Source: Hydrolagus colliei
Taxonomy: Eukaryota
Direction of reading: 5' to 3'
DNA length: 64,000 nucleotides
Assembly: GCA_035084275.1 (NCBI GenBank)
Contig: CM068749.1
Location: 15,562,001-15,626,000, forward strand
The position numbers and the translations under genes were made by a program. Below the pieces are notes generated by a model. It was not told the DNA's origin. It did no database searches and was given only the letters and a program-made list of their open reading frames with translations. This document shows, piece by piece, positions 1-12,031 of the stretch; the first letter of the stretch is position 1, and every line of letters starts with the position of its first letter.

Positions 1-90
1 CCTTAAGCTTCTCTTCTCCAGTGTGAACATGCCTAGTTTATCTAGTCACTCGTCGTAAACCAGTCCCTCCATCCTCTCAATCATCAGAGC
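1..90 (-). mobile_element. CR1-type LINE ORF2 C-terminal fragment, cut by window edge
   Basis: Resembles the segment of the 34623-35680 CR1 that encodes 'YEERLDRLGLFSLEQRRLRG' (cttctcttctccagtgtgaacatgcctagtttatctag). Confidence 0.55.
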
Positions 91-739
91 TACGCTCAAT
101 TTATTCTCACTTGATATCCACGCACATGTATACTCAGCAGGAGGTGCTGTTTCCCTGGTTGATAATCCCCTCCCTAACCCCAGACTAAATGTACTTTGAA
201 TTTCCTTTACAAATCATGACATAGGTTAGATAGTGCTTGTCTGTTGAGCCTTACACATTTGAGGCATTGAATGTAGTAAACGTTAGATTGTCTTTGATAC
301 TCTGGAGAATTCTGTTTGAAGGATTTTGCCTACTTTGTTCACCTTTCTCTCGAGCTGCAGTTGTGGGCTATCATGAGTTAATTTTATTCACTGAACAGAA
401 TATGTCAAACAGTTTTGTACTGGTAAGATACTAGTGTGGCAAATTTTATTTTGGTTAAAAATCTGCAAGAAATTAATCTGGGAAACTGGACAGGGAGCAT
501 ACTTAGTGCCATAGCTCAAGGCCTGTATTGGTTCTCAATTATAATGCATTTATGCTTCACATCTTGCGTTGTTACAATGTAATTTACACCTCGTGGCAAT
601 GTATAATAAGAAGAGGCCAAAGTGATTTTTTTTTTTACAAAGCCCACGCAGCCCATTGGACTGGGCACATCCTGTTTGTGCTTTTATAATTTAGAAGTTG
701 GAAGGCAATGACCAAAGCTCTGAATAAGAACATAATCTA

Positions 740-850
740 TATTATAATCCTTGCATTTGATATAGCACCTCATCACATCTTCAAAATATGTCAAAGTGCT
801 TCACAGAATATATTGTAAAGTGAATTGAATGTATTTTTATGGGCGAACAT
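740..850 (-). mobile_element. 3' tail fragment of the abundant tRNA-derived SINE
   Basis: ataatccttgcatttgatatagcacc...aaagtgcttcacagaatatattgtaaagtgaattga matches the tails of the full-length copies. Confidence 0.8.
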
Positions 851-869
851 AAATGATAGATAAAAAAAA

Positions 870-1100
870 GACCAAGGTCCAGTATAGTTCACCTTATAGC
901 CCATAATGTTATTTTCTGAAAGCAAAACGATCTCATCTATGGGTGAAGGAATCAATATTTCCTGCTTCAACCATGTCCCCAGACAACCTGTTCCATAGAT
1001 TTACCATTCGCTCACTGAAATAGTGTTTCTGTGGATTCGTACTGAATTTATCCACCTTCAGTCGCAGGCCGTGTGTGCATGTGTGTTTAAGTCAAGATCC
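870..1100 (-). mobile_element. Degenerate CR1-like 3' end
   Basis: acctgttccatagatttaccattcgctcactgaaatagtgtttct resembles the reverse complement of the CR1 'FTQRVVRIWN' segment; heavily decayed. Confidence 0.4.
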
Positions 1101-2765
1101 TATGACACTTTGAGTTTTTTAGATAGTGAGCTTTCATCTGTGTCCTGGCCGGTAATCACGTACAACTCGAGGCTTTTTGAGGGAACTTGCGGGGTTAAAA
1201 GGCAGCTATGTTTTCCCCAATAAAGAGTCACTATACTGTATTTAACAGCAATTACTTGTGGAAACAATTAAGCATGGTAGTGCGTTTCCACATTTCTGCA
1301 CGACACCCAGCTAGCCAAAGAAAATACAGATGTTTTTAAAATTCATTAAAGCCTTGTATGTTTCAATGTTATAAGGCATGAATAATGTGCATGTTTTGAA
1401 TAAATATATTTGTAGATTTCTGCTTTGCCAGTTTGGGCAATGGTTGGAGGAGCCAACACAAATCAGCACTGATGCTTCTTAATGCTCTAAACATTATTAC
1501 AGCTGCCAAATTGGATTTTACTGTATATTGGGACTGAATTTATTATTTGTACATGAAAACTTGTTAGTAACCATGACCCATGCACAATTATTGATATCAC
1601 TAGGACCAAAATTATTCAGACCAGAATTATTTCTAATACAAAAAAAATTGGTCACTATTTGGGGGACCACACTGTGTGCAATTGGCTGCCTTGTTTTGGC
1701 CAGTCAATCAATTTTACAATGATGAGGCTGAATCTCAAGTGCAAGAATTATAATTATTATTACTGTGGTGAATCACAGAAGCATGTTCCTTATCATGTTT
1801 GAAGATATTGATTGATTGGGAAAAATTTTTTGAAATATCTTTGACAAATATCAAACGAGCTGAAGCACTGACTTTCTATTTTGTTAGATGTTGAAAGTCC
1901 AAGCAATAGTACAGTATAACAACTCTGACTGAAATTCCTAGTGTTATGAGTGATCTGCTTTGCCTGAAGATAACAGAGAATTTGACTGAAGTTAACTTCC
2001 TTAAAAAAATTTAAGTGAATCACAAATATTGTATGCATACATAAAAAATCAAAGTCACAACTATGGTCAATTATTAAACTTCCGGAAGGCTTTGGTTCTG
2101 TATGCTTTATTCTCCTTGATGTTAACCCTTGCTTGCCCTGTACGAGCATCCTTTCACATATTGCGTGTTAATCCAGAAATGTATCATTCATTCCTTTTGA
2201 ATGATAACAAAATAGTTAAGATGTTGGTGAAAACTAGCTAAAAAGAATGTGCAACATTGCTTTTTTGCATGAAGTTAAAACGTAATTTGTGTAAACATTT
2301 GGATTGATTGTTGTCTGAAATAAAATTAACCGGCAGGTATTCAATTTCAAACAACTATCCCCAGGAAAAAAACTGACAATATTTTTCTTGGCTCATTCAA
2401 TTCTTCTGGTATGCAGCACAAAAAACTATTGACTCCTAACTTGAGCAATTTTGATGTACAACATTACTTTAAAATGTTTTTAATTGAATATCAAAGTAAA
2501 TTACCAGACAGAATACTGATGCCTCCAAGAGATCTGCTCATGCCTGAGATTGATGGCCTGCAGGAAAAACACTACAGTCATGATAATCAGTCAGACTGAA
2601 GAATAACTGTATTCAAGGAAGCTTCCAAAGCAGACAGAAAAACAATGTCTTTAAATCGGGCTCTAAAATCTGTCACATCTTATGAAAATTGTTTGCATCC
2701 CAAATCCTGTAGCTTCATTGAGGCTATCCGAATTATATTATAATCGTTGATTATTACTACAACAG

Positions 2766-3070
2766 ACAACAAAATTACATCTGTATAGTGCCTTTCACAT
2801 TGGGAGGACGACCCAAGGCACTGGACAGACAGTATTTTGGACCTGAGCTGGGGTAGTGATTGGGGAGGCTAGAGGGCAGTAGGGGGAAGGAAGTTGATCA
2901 AAAATACGCTCAAAGGGGATGTTCTAGAGGAGTGGGGAGGTGGGTCTTGAAGAAGGGATGGGACGAGGCAGAGCGACTGCGGATGGAGTTCCAGAGGGTG
3001 TGGGTTGAATGGCTGAAGGCCCACCTGCCAATGGTTGGAAGGCGGGAGACATAAAGCAGACCAAAGCCCA
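2766..3070 (-). mobile_element. L2 LINE 3' end
   Basis: (CAA)n tail, aaaattacatctgtatagtgcctttcacattgggaggac, and 'ttccagagggtgtgggttgaatggctgaaggcccacctgccaatggt' (IGRWAFSHSTHTLWNS). Homologous to 11695-12031 and 37906-38385. Confidence 0.8.
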
Positions 3071-4705
3071 CTGGTATTTATATTTATACTCTATACTTAT
3101 GCTATATATAAATACATAGACTTCATTTTAGCCTGATTTTTCTCTAATGTCTCTGGTGTCCTGAAAGTTAGTTTGAATTCTCAGGTGAAATTATATTTAT
3201 TCATAGCTATACTATTTTTACAAAGAGTACTTTAGGGATTTTTTATCCCAGGAAGATTTGTTATGCGTGAATTCCTGCATCAACAAAAAGATGCACACAA
3301 CTGGAATTTATGCAAGATTGATCCATGAGCAAATATGCTACAAAGGACTTTGCATTGTGTGCCTTCTGAGTTGCTGATCACAAACAGCTTGTCACTGACC
3401 ATAGTTGTGAAAAAGAACATAATTTGCCTTTAGATTTGGGTTATCAGTAGTGTACCTCATAGTAATAATAGTGCCTGGAGTGATGTTTGCTCACCTTCTT
3501 AGCCATGTGCAGGATGTAGATTCTGGGTATTGACAACAAGGAGAAAACTTAAGTGCAAATGTGATTGCTATGCAAACAATTTTGAATTCTAGACGTTACT
3601 TTTTACTTGTCGATTGAAATTGGTTTCCCACCCAAACTTAGGGCTGTGTCTGATAATTTGACAGAAATTTGGGGCTCGAGTCACACAGCCAGAATATTTC
3701 CTCATGGATGAAGGTTAGATAAATTCCACCTGAAATGTAAAGAGGGTAACATCCAATGTGGCAATTATTACAGGTGACATAATTATAATATCAGAATTTC
3801 TATTCATGTTAGTGAAAATATTGGAACTATTTTGCCCCATAACATATGTAGTGTCTGTTGAAACTGCACAACATTTTAAAGTCAGTTTGTCGATTACTGG
3901 CTAATTTCAAATTTGAACTCCAACCATTTTTGCAAATTTGGGGGAGAGGGGGGGTTGGGTGTCATCAATTGAAACATCAATGGGAATAAGGATTATGACA
4001 ATGTGATAAATAACACTGATGATAATGATTATATCAAGCATTGTATTGGGAGTTGATCGTAGCGATGTTTTGTGAAGTACTGTTGAATTCCTTACCTTCT
4101 GTGAGAGCAGAAAGAAAAATTACAATGAAAACTTTGCCTGCATTTTAACCAGATTAATAAGGTAACCATTTTTAGAAACATGGGTGTTTTGACAGCTTCT
4201 CACAATGGGTCAATAGTATCTTTTTCCCAATGCAATTTTTCTTGTAATTGCTCCCTGAAGATTGACATAAAATGGTGATAAACAGACAAGTAAGACAAGT
4301 TTTTGCTTGAAAGGATTTCTGCAGATGACATCTGATGTGCACCTGACCAAAACATTCTTCAATGTGTTTGCTATTTTTGGACCTATTAGTTCCTGCAAAA
4401 TAACTTAACTGCACCTTTAAATTGATAACTGCAATTAATGAGCGGGAGACCAAGTGTTACAAATCAGACTTACCACTATATTCATTGTGTAGATGGTAGA
4501 GAGCAGAATATATTAAATGCTGACAACACTTTATTTCAAAGGAATAATTTTTGACTTATGGAGATACATGTGTGAAAATTGAATAGTTGAAGGGGAGAAT
4601 TTCTGACCATACATTTGTACAGTAAAATAATGCAATGCAGACAAAATTCTTTGCAAACTTTTGTCAGTTTTTTTTACATAAATAAATTCCATGTTGATGG
4701 CATAA

Positions 4706-4950
4706 CCCTGGGTTCGATTCCTGGCTGGGCAAAACTTTGGGCAAGTTTCCCTACTCTACACGCCTGATAATAATCCCTCAAAAAAAATAAAAAAATTGAT
4801 TATTTCAATCCACACCTGCTGTGCGCAATTGGCTGCCGGGTTTTGCCCACAAATATACAGTCAATTCACTTTACAGGTAGATTCTATGAAGTGCTTTGAG
4901 ACATTTAGAAGACATGAAAAGCACTATATCAAATGCAAGGATTATTATTA
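4706..4950 (+). mobile_element. tRNA-derived SINE, 5'-truncated (B box retained)
   Basis: GGTTCGATTCC B box, family body and ...aaatgcaagg(att)n tail, followed by (TA)n. Confidence 0.9.
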
Positions 4951-5792
4951 TATATATATATATGTATGTATATATTGCACTCATTAACTGATGTGGTACA
5001 GATCTGTGTTAGTTTGCTATGTAAATTCCATCCTTTTAGACCTCTTTAAGTCTACTGTATTGTTGATTTATGGCCATTGTGTCTTGGCATAAGCATGCTC
5101 CAGTTTCCTGTAGAAAGGCCCAATGTAGTGCACTAGATTAGCATCTACATGGATCATATTGGTCATTCTTTGCAGCATTGTTATATGGGACCCATTTTTT
5201 GTTATGTGACCTATTGTTTGGAGCCACTGTGTGGGAAATTGATGCGTGATGGGATGGAAGGGAAGGGTTTCAGTGATACACGATGCACAACCAGGAGATG
5301 TAGCTGGATAGCATGAATTTTGAATGGAACTGTGCTTGTCCAAAAGCTCGTAAATTGCTAGTTTCCGTGTGGATAACTCTGTGCTCCAGGGATGGTAATC
5401 TCCTCTCCCTTATGTGGTTGCTAGATCCAGGGACTTTGCCTTCTCCGCACTATTATCTGCAACTGCTCTACTGAATCGGGTGCAGTTTGCAGAACAGCCA
5501 AAGTAAGTAGATGCTGTCAACATATTCCAGTCTTGAAAGGACGTGATGTACCAATGGTGGTAAGTTGGTCAATATGTTTTCATGAAAATTATTTCTGGAA
5601 AACTGAACATTCCCACACCAGTGCTTGTAGGTTCCTTTCTTTGGCCTTTGAAGCTCTGAGCTGCTCCCTAAAGAGGCTGCACATGAAATTTAGTAGAGAT
5701 TGCACAGTGGTTTTAAAATGAGAAATCGTTTTTTCTTCTTTTTGCAGAACTTTCTGCTGACCAGATGTAGGTTCAGTTTGGTATCTGACAAC

Positions 5793-6558
5793 TAGGGTCC
5801 GGCGATATATCGATATATCACTAAAACCCGATATAATTTTCACATCGATATGCCGATATAGGCATTTCAAAAATATCGATATATAGAAAAATCGATATAT
5901 CGAGGTAAAAAATCGGAATGCGTGCTCACTGAACTACAAGACCCAGAATGCTCATCTCTATACACAATGCACAGACCAAGGTGCAAAGCCTCCATATTGT
6001 ATTCATAGTCCTCGAATACAATATACAGGTATGCAAGGGATGTGGGGGGGAGAGAAGGCTGGGGGGGTGGGAGAGAGATGGCTGGGGGGGGGGGTTGGGA
6101 GGGAGAGAGACTGCTGGGGGGGGGTGGGGTGGGGGGAGAGATGACTGGGGAGGGCGTGTGGGGGGGGTTGGGGGGGGGGAGAGAGACGGCTGGTGGGGGG
6201 TGGGGGGGGGAGAGAGACGGCTGGTGGGGGGTGGGGGGGGGAGAGAGATGGCTGGGGGGAGGTGGGGGGGAGGGAAAAGGATGGCGGTGCGGGGGGAGAG
6301 AGAGATAATATACAGATAGATAGAGATGGGGGGGATGTGAGAGAGACACAGAGACACAGACAGAAAAACACAGAGATGGAGAGAGTGAGAGACACAGAGA
6401 GAGAAAGATATTTAACTCCTAAGGAGATAGGCCCTGAATGCGCGCGCCGCGCGCACAAGCGCAGTACGAAAACCCCGAAAATATCGATATTTCGGTATAT
6501 CTCGATATGAGCCGATCGATATATCTAAATTGGAAAATTTCCATATCGACGGACCCTA
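5793..6558. mobile_element. Non-autonomous hAT DNA transposon (MITE), 766 bp
   Basis: TIR TAGGGTCCG(G/T)CGATAT matches 15/16. Perfect 8-bp TSD CTGACAAC at 5785-5792 and 6559-6566. Multiple subterminal ATCGAT palindromes; no transposase ORF. Confidence 0.93.
6041..6300 (+). repeat. G-rich minisatellite inside the hAT MITE
   Basis: About 7 units of (G)n-AGAGAGA(C/T)GGCT(GGT)-(G)n, followed by GA/CA simple repeat to about 6408. Confidence 0.9.
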
Positions 6559-6614
6559 CTGACAACCTGACTAAAGTTCGCAGAAATCTTCTATTGCAGG
6601 AATTATACAACAAA

Positions 6615-6737
6615 ATATGCAGTCAATTCACTTTACACTTCATTCTGTGAAGCTCTTACAGATGTCTCAAAGATGTGATGAGGCAATAATAATAATATAT
6701 CAAATATATCCCTATATCAAATGCAGGGATTATTATT
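6615..6737 (+). mobile_element. SINE 3' tail fragment
   Basis: cagtcaattcactttaca...tctgtgaag...tatatcaaatgcagggattattatt. Confidence 0.75.
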
Positions 6738-9054
6738 TCCTGCAACGTTTGTCTTGCTTATTTTCCACAAAGAATGCTTGCAGTAGGAAATGTATTTGTC
6801 TGACTATGCTTGAAGAGGAAACCCATTCTCATGCTTTGTAATTTAATATTTAAAAAAATCAGCAATAATGTTTCCAGAAACATCCACAGCAGTTGTTTTT
6901 CCACTCCCTCATCTACATATCTTTCAAAGTTTTCTTCTTTTTCTCAGCAGGATGTTTATCACCATATATATATATATATACATATATCCTCTGTTAGATG
7001 GGAATGCGGAGTCAGCCAATGGGAGATGAGATTCTAGCACAGGAAGCTCAGAGTTCAGTTTTCTTCCCTCCGCAACATGAGTTGCAATTGCATAACATGT
7101 TCTATCTTAGTATTTCTTTGAAAACTAATAAAACGTATTCACCTAAGGTAGTTGAATGTGACTAATGCTAATGTTAATCATTCAAAACTTTTGACCTTTT
7201 GCTTGGTGTTTTGTGCTTCTAACTACCGGTATGTGAACTAACATATCACCAGCTCACCAGAGGTTTATTTTTACTTCTGCAATTTTATCTATAATTTACC
7301 AAGTAGTTGTATTTCATTCCAGCATTTACTCAGGAGAGGAAATGGTTCAGGTGGCAATACTATATTTATAGAAATGATACCAGAAATGGCCATCCATAGT
7401 TTATCGACCAGTATACAATTAAGTAGAACAGAAGGTTCTCTCTGCCTGAAGTGGTGAAATCCACTGGTGGATTTACTAATTTTGAAGATATCCCTAAGTC
7501 AGGTCTATATTTATAAGTAATTAGAAATATAATTGGAATTGAAGTCTCCTTCCGTTAATTGGTAAGCCAGCCCCTTCAGATGTCCCCCTGAATAAGGCAC
7601 TATATAAATGCAATTTATTGTTGTGGTTGCAACATTTGCCATTTTAAAAAATAGTTTTTAAAATTGGAAAAAAAACACTTTGTTGAAGGTGCATAACATA
7701 GTGTACTAAATTCTAAATTAAGTCAATTTGTATAAATGAACAGTGAACGATAAATATTCTGTGTAGCTTGCCTCTGTTTTTCATGTTCTTTGGGATATCC
7801 ATGATTATGAGCCTGATTGATGAATATCTTTTACCATTTGTTTGTATACAAAATATCATCAAAGTTCTGAATAAAAAACAAACGGTTGAGTTCTGACAAT
7901 ATAGAATTTTGCAAAAAATATGTGATTAGAAAATATACGGCTTTCACTCACTAAAGGAATCAGGCTCAGCCACTGTTAAGTGTTCTGAAATACTACCCTG
8001 CCTGGAGGCTTTTATATGAGGGCAAGTTGTTATTGTGGTTTTTTAAAAAAAGTTCTTCAGTCCTCAAATGCCACAAACCTAATTTATATACCTGAATTCC
8101 ATTCACAACTAGCTTAGAATTATTCTTCATTTCTGAGGTTCTCAACTGCAATGCGTGCAACTCTTGTGTATAAACACATTAATATGTCATAGTATTTGAA
8201 CCAAAAATTATTAGCTCAAGAATACTCTTTACACATTTCCTGAACAGTGTGCTATCTCAATAGAAATAATTTTCAAAAATAAATCTGATGTAGGATTTCA
8301 TTCTGGATACATAGGATGCTCAGTAATCAAAAAAGGAATCATCCTTTGCTTTAATATACAACACCAACAATTACACTTGTATACCGCCTTTCACATTGGG
8401 AGGATGTCCAATGTGCTGGGGACAAAATACTCATACTGTACTTTATTATTTAAAATTATATTGTTGTCTGCTTTGTGAAATCATAGGAATAACTTGTGTT
8501 TGAAAAAAAATCAAACACATCTTTCATCAAAACTAAACATATAGGTTTTCTAAATCTCCCCTTCATTTCATTTTAAAGTGTAACGTTGGGTTTATACTGT
8601 TAAGAACAACAACAACCAAATTACATTTGTATAGAACAGGAACATTGGCCAATGTTGTGGAGAGGGGAGCTTAATTTGTACTGCCAGCATCCTTAGGAAT
8701 TTGCGCTGATTTTAATGAACCAAGCATCCAATTTTGCTTTGTGCTTGTTAGTTTTCTTAATGTTATCAAAGAGTCAATTAAGCAATTCGATTTTTAATAG
8801 TGTTTTTTGAAAAATATTGTTCCAACTTCCCAGGAAGTTTAGAAGCTTTGGATAGAACATGAAGGAGTGAGTCCAGTGAAATATGCACTACAATGCCTTT
8901 ACTGCCTGGGTGAGTATAGTCCACTTCTGAAGCCATCCCATTTATATTATCCATTTGCTGTCAACAGCACACTGATTTACCATCAAATGTGCAATATAAA
9001 CATAGTACTGTATTAATATACCAGATATGTTGCTGAACTTTCTGTGTGACTTGA

Positions 9055-9718
9055 ACATAAAATCATTGAATCTTATGGCACAAAAGGAAGCCATTTGGCC
9101 CATCAAGTCTGTGCCGACTCTTTGAAAAGAGCAATTCAATCCCAGTCCCCAGCTCTCTCCCCATAACCGCGCAAACCCTTCCTCCCCAAATAAAGGTCTA
9201 CCTCTCTTTTAAAAGTTGTTATCGAATCGGGCTCCACCACCGTTTCAGGTAATACATTCCAGATTCGAACAACTCGCTGAGTGAAAACATTTCTCCCCAC
9301 CTCCCCTCTGCTTGTTTTTGAAACTATTTTAAATCTGTGACCACGAGTCACCACCAGTGGAAACAGTTTTTCCCTGTTTACTTTGTCGAATCCCCTCATG
9401 ATCTTAAAAACCTCTATTAGGTCTCCTCGTAACCTTCTCTGCTCCATTGAGAATAACCTCTTCAGCCTTTCCTCATAACTGAAGTCCCTCATTCCTGGTA
9501 CCATCCTGGTAAATCTCCTCTGCACCCTTAACATCCTTCCTAAAGTGTGGTGACCAGAATTGAACACAGTACTCTAGCTGAGGCCTAGCCAAAGTTTTAT
9601 AGAGTTAGTCAGAACTTCCTGACTTTTGTACTATATGCCCCTATTTATAAAGCTTAGTATCCTGTATGCTTTTTTAACAAGCTTGTCTGCCTGTCCTGCC
9701 ACCTTCAAAGAATCACTT
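9055..9718 (-). mobile_element. CR1 LINE, 5'-truncated, with small deletions
   Basis: ORF 9136-9567 contains 'VQRRFTRMVPGMRDFSYEERL...RRLRGDLIEVFK...TRGHRFK...FTQRVVRIWN'. Same 3'UTR and subfamily as 34623-35680. Confidence 0.95.
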
Positions 9719-10154
9719 ACACGCTGTTTCATGAAACATGCTTTTCATTACCTATACACATCTGCAAACATTAAGGGTATAATTCTTATCGTGAAGTAAT
9801 GACCATTCTGAAGATAAAATAAAAAGCACCTTGTAGATTAAAGTTAGCTTCTGAATCTCACTACTTAGCTCATCCTAATTAAAATTCTTTGACAAATAGT
9901 CTCAATTCTGTACTGCAGTATCATGAAGATCAATTAATTTGTCATATATATTTGTTCTTGTCGAGTTCAGCTTGTTTCTCGATCATGTTTCTGGAATCTT
10001 CCCTTCTGTGTGAAGAAGAGAGGAAACACTTTTTGTAGACACAAGTAATATATGTGTGAAAGGGGACTTCAGTCTTGCAACAAAATGCATAAATTAGAAG
10101 AAGTGCAGACACAAGGAAGGGAGGTAGGAACCAAAGGCAAGCATCATCATCATC

Positions 10155-10265
10155 ATAATAATAATCCTTGCATTTGATATGGCACGTTATCACGTCTGTG
10201 AGACATCTCCAAGCGCTTCGCAGAATATACTATAAAGTGAATTGACTGTATATTTTGTGGGTGAA
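10155..10265 (-). mobile_element. SINE 3' tail fragment
   Basis: ataatccttgcatttgatatggcacg...aagcgcttcgcagaatatactataaagtgaattgactgta. Confidence 0.8.
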
Positions 10266-10783
10266 AGGGATGTGTAAAGGAATATTGGTGACCCAGAGCA
10301 AGCAGGAAGGGATTATTGTTATTTTCTAACACGTTAATTAATTTGTAGAATTCTCATGGAACCGAATCAACAGTGAGAAGATGGTCGGGTGAGTTTTCTG
10401 GAAGGATGAGATCAAATTGACCAAAGGTCCTTCATTATCCAAACCAATCTGTTGCCCACACTTTGCAGCTCTTAGATGGCACTGTTGCAGGAGGCTGTAT
10501 TGATTTATGAATGAGGTACAACTGAAAACAGAAAATAGCCCATTTGTGATTAATTTGAGTAGTTAAGTCATGCATTCAGGCATGTAAAAGTTCATTAACA
10601 CCTGCCTAAAAGGGATGTGCTCAATAGAGTTAACATTGAGCCCTGATATACGGTCTAAATTGAACCCACTGGTTCTGATATTTAGCTGCTTACATTGCTC
10701 ATGCTGCATTTTAGTATGTCAAGTTTATGAAAACATCTGATCAGAGCAGTCATACACATTCTGTTAATGCTTCCCTTCTTTCT

Positions 10784-11077
10784 AAATAATAATAATAACC
10801 CTTGCATTTGATGTAGTGCTTTTCGCGTCTTCTGGATGTCTCAAAGCGCTTCACAGAATCGACTGTAAAGTGAATTGACTGTATATTTGTGGGCAAAACA
10901 CAGCATCCAATTGCCCATAAACAGTCATAAATTGAAATGACCAACTTTTTTTTTTGAGGGATCATTATCAGGCGTGTGGAGTAAGAAAACTTGCTCAAGG
11001 TTTCACCCTGCCTGGAATTGATCCCAGGTCTCTCGTTTGCAAGGTGAGTGCTCTAACCACTGAGCTACAGGACTCCA
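10784..11077 (-). mobile_element. Full-length tRNA-derived SINE (~295 bp)
   Basis: Reverse strand reads tggagtcctgTAGCTCAGTGGttagagc (A box), TTGCAA anticodon-like loop, B-box-like gggatcaattcc, family body and (ATT)n tail. Confidence 0.93.
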
Positions 11078-11147
11078 CACCCAAAGATAAAGATTGCATC
11101 CAACAGTTGAAAACTGAATGAGAAGTATATTTAGTTAAAGTATATAA

Positions 11148-11240
11148 ACTTTACACTATATTCTGTAAAGCGCTTTGAGACTTCTCAACAATGTGATAAG
11201 GCACTACTGTATATCAAATGCAAGGATTATTATTATTATT
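11148..11240 (+). mobile_element. SINE 3' tail fragment, inverted relative to the neighbouring full copy
   Basis: actttacactatattctgtaaagcgctttgagac...atatcaaatgcaagg(att)n. Confidence 0.85.
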
Positions 11241-11271
11241 TGGAAGTGTAGCCAGAATCAAGCGGTCTCAT

Positions 11272-11560
11272 TTTACTGATGATAACAACCTGGAAGGGTT
11301 GAAAATATCAGGGAACCGACTGACCAAATAGTGGAAAAAGCTGCATTGATCAGAGCAATGATTTGATAAGTGGTAGATATAATGTAATATAATATGGACA
11401 ATTGTAGAACAATATGTTTGGGATGGAGAATAAACACTGTGGCTATAAAGGTAAATGGTAATAGTCTACAGAACACATTGCAGGACAGGGATTTAGTGGT
11501 ACTTAGATGATAAAGCTTTGAAACCATCAGCGTAGTGTATGGCAGCATTAGAGACCAAAA
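11272..11560 (+). mobile_element. Old CR1 reverse-transcriptase fragment
   Basis: Broken frames read 'FTDDNNLEG' (like FADDTKLG) and 'YNMDNCRTICLGWR...VNGNSLQNTLQDRDLVV' (like FNAEKCEVMHFGR...EQRYLGI in the 34717 ORF). Confidence 0.6.
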
Positions 11561-11694
11561 GCTGCTAAGACATGAGTCTTGGCACTCAGAGTGTACATTG
11601 GGAATAATTGCTGGAGTTGAACCAACTAAAACTGCATGACTTGCATGTTTGGCAAGCTTTTCTGCTGATTGCCCAGCTAGATCCACCCTTTTCA

Positions 11695-12031
11695 ACCTCC
11701 CCGCCCCCTCTGTTCAGCGGGCTCCGGTCTGCTCCACGTTCTCCCCCCGACCCACCTACCATCGGTGGACTGGCTTTCAGCCTTTTCGCCCCCACACTCT
11801 AGAACTCATCCCACAGTCCATTCACCTCGCTTCCTTCAAGGACAGTCTCAAGACCCTCCTCTTCAATTGTGCCGTCTGCTTCCCTCCCAACTCTCTCCTT
11901 CCCCTCCTAACTCTCGCCCTCCCCTCCCCCCAATCTCCCCTCTCCCTTGCTCGGGTCCTGACCTGACTGTTCAGTGACTTGGGATGTCCTCCTGACGTGA
12001 AAGGCACTCCATGAATGTAATTTTGTTGTTT
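11695..12031 (+). mobile_element. L2 LINE 3' end
   Basis: Encodes 'PTIGGLAFSLFAPTL' and 'LASFKDSLKTLLF' (L2 ORF2 C-terminus). Tail ggatgtcctcctgacgtgaaaggc...gtaattttgttgtt. Confidence 0.88.

Noticed and set aside
5867-6510. Proline- and glycine-rich ORFs on both strands
   Set aside because: Artefacts of the G-rich minisatellite inside the hAT MITE.
11005-11077. tRNA gene
   Set aside because: The tRNA-like head lacks a proper acceptor stem and continues into the SINE body; the same holds near 44027, 55537 and 60625.
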